From Hungatella hathewayi (GTDB taxonomy: Bacteria; Bacillota; Clostridia; Lachnospirales; Lachnospiraceae), in NCBI RefSeq assembly GCF_025149285.1, contig NZ_CP102274.1: DNA of 32,000 nucleotides; one strand, given 5' to 3'. Made by a program: the position numbers and the translations under genes. Positions within the stretch are counted from its first letter, which is position 1. Every line of letters begins with the position of its first letter. This document shows positions 26,999 to 32,000 of the stretch, piece by piece. Below the pieces are notes generated by a model. The model saw nothing but the letters and a program-made list of their open reading frames with translations. It was not told the origin of the DNA and made no database searches.

Positions 26999-27721
26999 TT
27001 AATTTTTCTTTCGGGCCTTTAATTCGCTCTTCCGCGTCATTTTAATGATCCCCGCCTTATACATTACCAGGGCACAGATTACCGTAACTCCCATACAAAG
27101 AAGCACTACAAATCCCTCTTTTCCGGTCAGCGGATAGAACGCGTTGATTACAAATACCAGAATCAGCGGAAGAATCATGGTTAGTGATTTGCCCTTTGCC
27201 TCATATTCTCCGCAGTCATCATTGACAAAGCTCAGAAGAATTCCGCCGAACAGCGCGGGAAGCAGATACTGAGTTGCAGTCTGAACGGCCGGACTTGTCA
27301 GTACCGGACGAAGCGGTACCAGAAGGACGACTCCCAGCGCAATGATCAGCGTCGTCACAATAGATGAAACCGCCACGCCAATGGTCGCGATGGTGTCTCC
27401 CTCATCCGTCCCCTGAAAGGTATCTGTCAGCACCTGCGCATTGATAACCACCGGTATCTTCAGATTCATGACGTTTCCGGTTAAAAAGGTTAAGTAAGCG
27501 GAGGATCCCAGGATGGGAGTATAGCTCAATACTTCCGCGATATTCGTGGGCAGAAAGACCGCAAGCAGGCCTCCGCCCACGGCGAAAATCTGTCCGATGC
27601 TCTCCGGCTATACGTCATAGACGGCTGACAGAATGGTTGGAATTCCCAGCATAAAAACTATTGCTATGATGACACCGATGCGCCCGGTCCGGTGGATGCT
27701 CGTCTCGTATTTTTTATCCAT
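26999..27721 (-). pseudogene. Uncharacterised multi-TM membrane protein, reading frame interrupted by one in-frame TAG (codon 38)
   Basis: Minus strand from ATG 27721: MDKKYETSIHRTGRIGVIIAIVFMLGIPTILSAVYDV*PESIGQIFAVGGGLLAVFLPTNIAEVLSYTPILGSSAY...NDDCGEYEAKGKSLTMILP..., same frame to the stop at 26999. TAG occupies 27610-27608. The ORF track shows only 26999..27580 (GTG start). Confidence 0.75.
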
Positions 27722-27748
27722 AATCATACCTTCCTTTCCTTTTCCCCA

Positions 27749-28468
27749 TTAACCAAGTATTCTGACCCACAAAAGTGATGACGCCATTCCTAACAGCAGC
27801 GTATCCGCCATAACAAAGTTCCGCAGCCAGAGTATCTTAAATTTCTTTATAACTGCCATATGGATTACCACAATCACACAGGAGGTAACGACTACGGCCA
27901 GATAGACCGGTCCTTTCATGATCTGGATCGGTAAGAATGCTTCGATAATCGCCAGTGACAGAACGCCTGTCAGCAGGGCTCCCAACGCACCATGAGTATT
28001 TTTCGCCTTTTGTAAGCTGGTCTGCACCTTTTTGCCGAAGATCAGAACTCCCACGATCCCGCCGAGAATACAGATACTCATAACAAACATCACGGTACCT
28101 ACGATGGAGGCATCTCCCGCGGCATTTAAAGCGGCGATGGATTCGTAGCCTGCGCCTGTGGCAACCATGTCGGCCGCCATCAGTTCATACGTTACAGACC
28201 CTACCACGGACAGTCGGAACCATGACCACGGCACCCCCAGAACCGCCGCTAAACTGAACAGACCGATAACAATGGAGATGGAGGGGACGATGGAATAGAT
28301 GGCTGACGAGGTAATGGCTGTCTTTAATTTGTCTTTCGTCAGGCCGATTTCCAGACCGTGACGGTATGCCTTTCTCAGGGTAATGACACAGAATATCAGG
28401 ATATATACGATTCCGGCTCCGACTAGCGCATAGAGAAGCGGACTGTTCATTATTTCATTAAATGTCAT
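27749..28468 (-). CDS. DUF5058-family membrane protein
   Basis: 239 aa. SPLLYALVGAGIVYILIFCVITLRKAYRHGLEIGLTKDKLKTAITSSAIYSIVPSISIVIGLFSLAAVLGVPWSWFRLSVVGSVTYELMAADM. Confidence 0.82.
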   Translation of the reverse strand: MTFNEIMNSPLLYALVGAGIVYILIFCVITLRKAYRHGLEIGLTKDKLKTAITSSAIYSIVPSISIVIGLFSLAAVLGVPWSWFRLSVVGSVTYELMAADMVATGAGYESIAALNAAGDASIVGTVMFVMSICILGGIVGVLIFGKKVQTSLQKAKNTHGALGALLTGVLSLAIIEAFLPIQIMKGPVYLAVVVTSCVIVVIHMAVIKKFKILWLRNFVMADTLLLGMASSLLWVRILG

Positions 28469-28509
28469 GATTCTTTTCTCCTTCTTGTATGATAGAGCGG
28501 TTCACTGTT

Positions 28510-29943
28510 TTATGAAATATCTCCCGGCAGTATGCCCTCTGGTATTAGAGAGGTATAGACGCCTCCGGTTTCCTCCTCCAGCTCTTTCTTTGCAGTATCG
28601 AGTATCTCCGGTTTCCCGTAGATTTTCGCGCAGGCCAGGGCAATGGCACGCGCAACCGCCTGACTGGCTTTGTCACCGATCGAAGTTCCCACCTGCGCCG
28701 TCATCTGCCATGTATGAACACCGGTCTCAGGGATTCCGACAGCCGCTGTAATCTGGGCAGTCGGCACCTGATAGCTCACATCACCCACGTCGCTGGAGCC
28801 GGTCATCACCCGGTTTCTCATTGCAGGCGTATAAGGTACAATGAAGGTGTTCAGTGGACGTTCTGCAAATTCTGCCTCGCTGATTCCATTCTGTCTGGCT
28901 CCCTTTTTTACCACCCGTTCCCTCTGTTCCTCTGGCATGGCATTCAGGAACTCTCTTGCAATGGCAAATTCCTCTTCTCCAAAATCAGGGGCTCCGGCTT
29001 CCAGGTACGCATCGGATAAGAGACTGGAAAGCGTCGGATTGGGAATCGTATCGCTCAGCCCGCCCAGAACCTTGATGGTCACACTTGTCTCCGTCATCAG
29101 CGCCGCGCCTTCCGCAATCTTTTTGATCCGTTCTAATATCTCTCCGCTCTGGGTAAGCTTGGGAGCCCGGATAAAATACAGCAGGGAGGCGTGATCCGGC
29201 ACGATATTGGGGGCCTCTCCGCCGCAGTCTAAATACGCATAGTGAACACGGGCGTCTGAGATTATATGCTCGCGCAGGTAGTTGACCCCCACATTCATCA
29301 GCTCGCAGGCATCCAGAGCGCTCCGCCCCAGCTCCGGGGCCGCTCCGGCATGGGCTGTTCTCCCCTTAAAATCAAAACGGACCTTATAATAAGCCACTGT
29401 CCTGACTGACATGGACATATTTCTGTCCATTGGATGCCAGCAAAATGCCGCGTCTATTCCATCAAAACAGTGTTCCTTTACCATAAACGCTTTGCCAAAT
29501 CCGGTCTCCTCTGCCGGACATCCGTATAATTCCACGGTTCCCGTCACCCCGGTTCTCTGCAGGTACTCCTTCACCGCGATCGCAGCCCCGGCAGCCCCGG
29601 CTCCCAATGCGCTGTGTCCGCATCCGTGACCGTATTTTTTACCCTCAATAGGACACGGCTTCGCACAGCCGGCCTTCTGGCTCAGATCCGGCAGGGCGTC
29701 ATATTCCGCCAAAATGGCGATGACGGGCTTTCCCGTTCCGAACCGGCCCACAAAAGCAGTTGAAATACCAGCCTGTCCCTCCTCTACCTCAAAACCTTCC
29801 TGTCTTAAAACTGCTTTCATCTTTTCCGCGCTCTGTTTTTCCTGATAACCAAATTCTGCATAATCCCATACAGCCCGGTTAATTTCGGAAATAGTATCTG
29901 CCTTTTCCATCACAATCTCATGAATCATTTGCTTTTCTTCCAT
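28510..29943 (-). CDS. M20-family amidohydrolase (AbgB / aminobenzoyl-glutamate hydrolase-like)
   Basis: ORF to 30018; likely start ATG 29943 (MEEKQMIHEIVMEKADTISEINRAVWDYAEFGYQE) behind GAGGG. AILAEYDALPDLSQKAG, GHGCGHSALGAGAAGAA, YGCPAEETGFGKAFMV, FKGRTAHAGAAPELGRSALDA. Confidence 0.92.
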   Translation of the reverse strand: MEEKQMIHEIVMEKADTISEINRAVWDYAEFGYQEKQSAEKMKAVLRQEGFEVEEGQAGISTAFVGRFGTGKPVIAILAEYDALPDLSQKAGCAKPCPIEGKKYGHGCGHSALGAGAAGAAIAVKEYLQRTGVTGTVELYGCPAEETGFGKAFMVKEHCFDGIDAAFCWHPMDRNMSMSVRTVAYYKVRFDFKGRTAHAGAAPELGRSALDACELMNVGVNYLREHIISDARVHYAYLDCGGEAPNIVPDHASLLYFIRAPKLTQSGEILERIKKIAEGAALMTETSVTIKVLGGLSDTIPNPTLSSLLSDAYLEAGAPDFGEEEFAIAREFLNAMPEEQRERVVKKGARQNGISEAEFAERPLNTFIVPYTPAMRNRVMTGSSDVGDVSYQVPTAQITAAVGIPETGVHTWQMTAQVGTSIGDKASQAVARAIALACAKIYGKPEILDTAKKELEEETGGVYTSLIPEGILPGDIS

Positions 29944-30077
29944 CTTTCCCTCTTCTTCTGTGCATTTATTATAGATAATAGTATCAGATAGCCGGGGGAT
30001 AAAGGAAATATGTTTCACTTATAGAGATATATAAAGAATTTATATGGCGATATTCTACAATGAGTTTCCTGTTACAG

Positions 30078-30114
30078 AAAAAACGCTGGCGGAATCTCTC
30101 CGCACAGCGCTTTT
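30078..30114 (-). terminator. Intrinsic terminator immediately after the LysR gene
   Basis: Minus strand AAAAGCGCTGTGCGGA-GAGAT-TCCGCCAGCGTTTTTT. Confidence 0.8.
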
Positions 30115-30115
30115 A

Positions 30116-31006
30116 TCATAAAAAACTGATCCGTTCTTTAAAATATTCCAGATATTCTTTTGCAAAATTACTCAGACCGCGGTCGGTGGAATAGAGATAC
30201 CCCAGCTCCAGCTGACGGCTGTCAAAGGGAATACTGACCACGTGATGAAGGCGGTTATACTCCTCCGAATGAGGGAGCACAATACTGAAGGCCTGAGAAT
30301 TGGAGACCAGGGATACCCGTGATGAAGTGGACTGGACGCAGATCAACCGGTTCGGGTTGACAATGTCCTGCCAGGGCATCCAGTTAGCATCTCTCTCATA
30401 GAGATCCGAAAACGCCACATAGGGATAATTTTTCAGTTCTTCAATCTTAAATTCCGGTTTTTGAAGCAGCGGATGATCTTCAGCCAGCTGGACATAGAAA
30501 CAGGCATCCTTCAGTTTCACAAATTTTACGTGAAGATCAGAGCAGAGTCTTGCAAAACCGGACGATCCTGTGTCCAGATAAATCACCAGGTCACAAAGAT
30601 TTCTGTAGAGTGCCTCAACCTGCTTCTCACCGTCACCGATGTAACAGGAAAAGTGGAGGTGTGCCATCTCCTGATACTCTGTACATAAATCCCAGAATGC
30701 TTCAAAGGCAGGCACATAGCGGGGATAGACGAGACGGAACAGGCAGTCTTCTTCCTCACTTATTCCACTGGTGATCTCCTGAATGTCCGCCATGATGGAG
30801 GCGGCCTTCTTCGCCAGCTTCATACCGCTGGCCGTCAGCTGCATCCCCATGGGCGTGCGCTCAAATATGGTAATTCCCAGTTCATTTTCCAGGTTCTTGA
30901 TGGCATTGCTTAAGTTTGGCTGAGAAAGGAAAAGCGTTTTAGCAGCTTTCGATACAGAGCCGGTCCTGCTGATTTCCATTACATACTGGAGTTGCTGAAT
31001 GGTCAT
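30116..31006 (-). CDS. LysR-family transcriptional regulator
   Basis: 296 aa. MTIQQLQYVMEISRTGSVSKAAKTLFLSQPNLSNAIKNLENELGITIFERTPMGMQLT. Confidence 0.95.
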   Translation of the reverse strand: MTIQQLQYVMEISRTGSVSKAAKTLFLSQPNLSNAIKNLENELGITIFERTPMGMQLTASGMKLAKKAASIMADIQEITSGISEEEDCLFRLVYPRYVPAFEAFWDLCTEYQEMAHLHFSCYIGDGEKQVEALYRNLCDLVIYLDTGSSGFARLCSDLHVKFVKLKDACFYVQLAEDHPLLQKPEFKIEELKNYPYVAFSDLYERDANWMPWQDIVNPNRLICVQSTSSRVSLVSNSQAFSIVLPHSEEYNRLHHVVSIPFDSRQLELGYLYSTDRGLSNFAKEYLEYFKERISFL

Positions 31007-31019
31007 GAGATACCTCCTG

Positions 31020-32000
31020 TTATTTTAACTCAATCCTTACTGTTTTGATCTCAAATGCCCTGAAGTCCAGAATCACAGCCCCGTCCGTCACACAGACTTC
31101 CTCTTCCTTATTTTCCAGCATGTCGCACAGCCATGCCGCTTTCACAGGGAGATTGATCTTTACAACGGTGGAACCTATCCGCTTCTTACACTCATACAGG
31201 CGGAAAATCAGATCTCCGCTTCCGTCTTCGGCCAGCTTCACCGCCTCAATGACTATGTGGTCGGATCCGGTGTCTGCCAGCGAGAAGGTATCTGTGATTC
31301 CGTTGATTACAAGGGGCGGCACATTGATCTCATACCCCTGTTTCACCACATCGCTCTCCTGGAAGCTTCCGTTCCACGCCGCCGCGCCATACGTAAAGGT
31401 ATGAATCCGGTTATCCGCCTGCATATCGGGGCAGGCGCCGGCGCGCAGAAGCGTCAGCTCCAATGCCCCGTCTTCCATGCTGATTCCGTACTTGCAGTCA
31501 TTCAGGACAGCAAAGCCATTGCCGCCGTCACATACGGCGCTGTACCGGTGGTTGCATACCTCAAACCGCTCTTTCTCATATGCCCTGGACCGGTGCATGG
31601 GACGTTCCACATAGCCGAACTGCATCTCATTGATCCCGTACTCACCATATAAAATGGTGGGGAAGCTGACCTTTAACAGTCTGTGAAGCTCGTGCCAGTC
31701 GATCTCTGTCCTGAATTCTACTCTGCTCTCTCCCACTGCCAGCGTGATGTCCTGGCAAAAGGAAGAACTGCCGATCTTTCCCGTCGCTCTCAGCGCTGCC
31801 CTGGCGCCTGCGGCGCAGATAATCTCCACCTTTACATCGAAGGCACCTTCGATCTCCTGCTCTCTGTAATTAGAATCAATATCCCAGGCATCAAACTTTC
31901 TCGGCACATCCTTAAACAGGCGGAAATGATTCATCGGTGTTTCGGCAAATTCTCTTCCGTTCTCCTTCAGTACATAGGAGGTGATCTCGGCGTTGGAGGC
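31020..32000 (-). CDS. Alpha-mannosidase (GH38-like), C-terminal portion; gene continues beyond the right edge
   Basis: The frame stays open from 31934 to 32000 (...ASNAEITSYVLKENGREFAETP-MNHFRLFKDVPRKFDAWDID). VEFRTEIDWHELHRLLKVSFPTILYGEYGINEMQFGYVERPMHRSRAYEKERFEVCNHRYSAVCDGGNGFAVLNDCKYGIS matches the GH38 C-terminal region. Confidence 0.88.
   Translation of the reverse strand, partial: ASNAEITSYVLKENGREFAETPMNHFRLFKDVPRKFDAWDIDSNYREQEIEGAFDVKVEIICAAGARAALRATGKIGSSSFCQDITLAVGESRVEFRTEIDWHELHRLLKVSFPTILYGEYGINEMQFGYVERPMHRSRAYEKERFEVCNHRYSAVCDGGNGFAVLNDCKYGISMEDGALELTLLRAGACPDMQADNRIHTFTYGAAAWNGSFQESDVVKQGYEINVPPLVINGITDTFSLADTGSDHIVIEAVKLAEDGSGDLIFRLYECKKRIGSTVVKINLPVKAAWLCDMLENKEEEVCVTDGAVILDFRAFEIKTVRIELK

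Noticed and set aside
27608-27610. Pyrrolysine insertion at the in-frame TAG
   Set aside because: No methylamine methyltransferase-like protein or pyl gene is visible, and TAG terminates other genes in the window. Kept only as a remote alternative.
1-32000. CRISPR arrays, transposases, integrases, phage genes, toxin-antitoxin or known defence genes
   Set aside because: Inspection of both strands and the ORF set found no regularly spaced direct repeats and no recognisable mobile or defence proteins.

Overview
The window reads as an ordinary chromosomal stretch of a Clostridia/Lachnospiraceae-like bacterium. This is inferred from gene content and order; no database was searched. It is densely coding, with no tRNA, rRNA, CRISPR array, IS element or phage gene that I can support. 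From left to right: (1) a partial DUF3810-like protein (-) divergent from a signal peptidase I (+). (2) A sugar-acid-type catabolic island: 3-hydroxyisobutyrate dehydrogenase-like reductase, NADH oxidase-like flavoprotein, esterase, GntP-family permease, FadR-type GntR regulator and IlvD/Edd dehydratase. Three near-identical ATACGTAT-core operators tie the last three promoters together. (3) A carbohydrate ABC transporter operon (SBP, two permeases, no ATPase) with a DUF4091/GH123-like protein, an upstream membrane-anchored AraC regulator, rpiB and aroC. (4) A beta-propeller lactonase divergent from an XRE-cupin regulator, followed by potABCD and a DUF1622 protein. (5) A deaminase / NCS2 nucleobase permease / HutC-type regulator operon with an 8-2-8 palindromic operator just downstream of a good promoter. 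(6) A LysR / M20 amidohydrolase / DUF5058 / uncharacterised multi-TM protein cassette. The last gene is interrupted by one in-frame TAG at codon 38. (7) The C-terminal part of a GH38-like alpha-mannosidase at the right edge. The best candidate for a poorly described system is (6). The best sequence-level regulatory findings are the three-site GntR regulon and the deaminase-operon operator.
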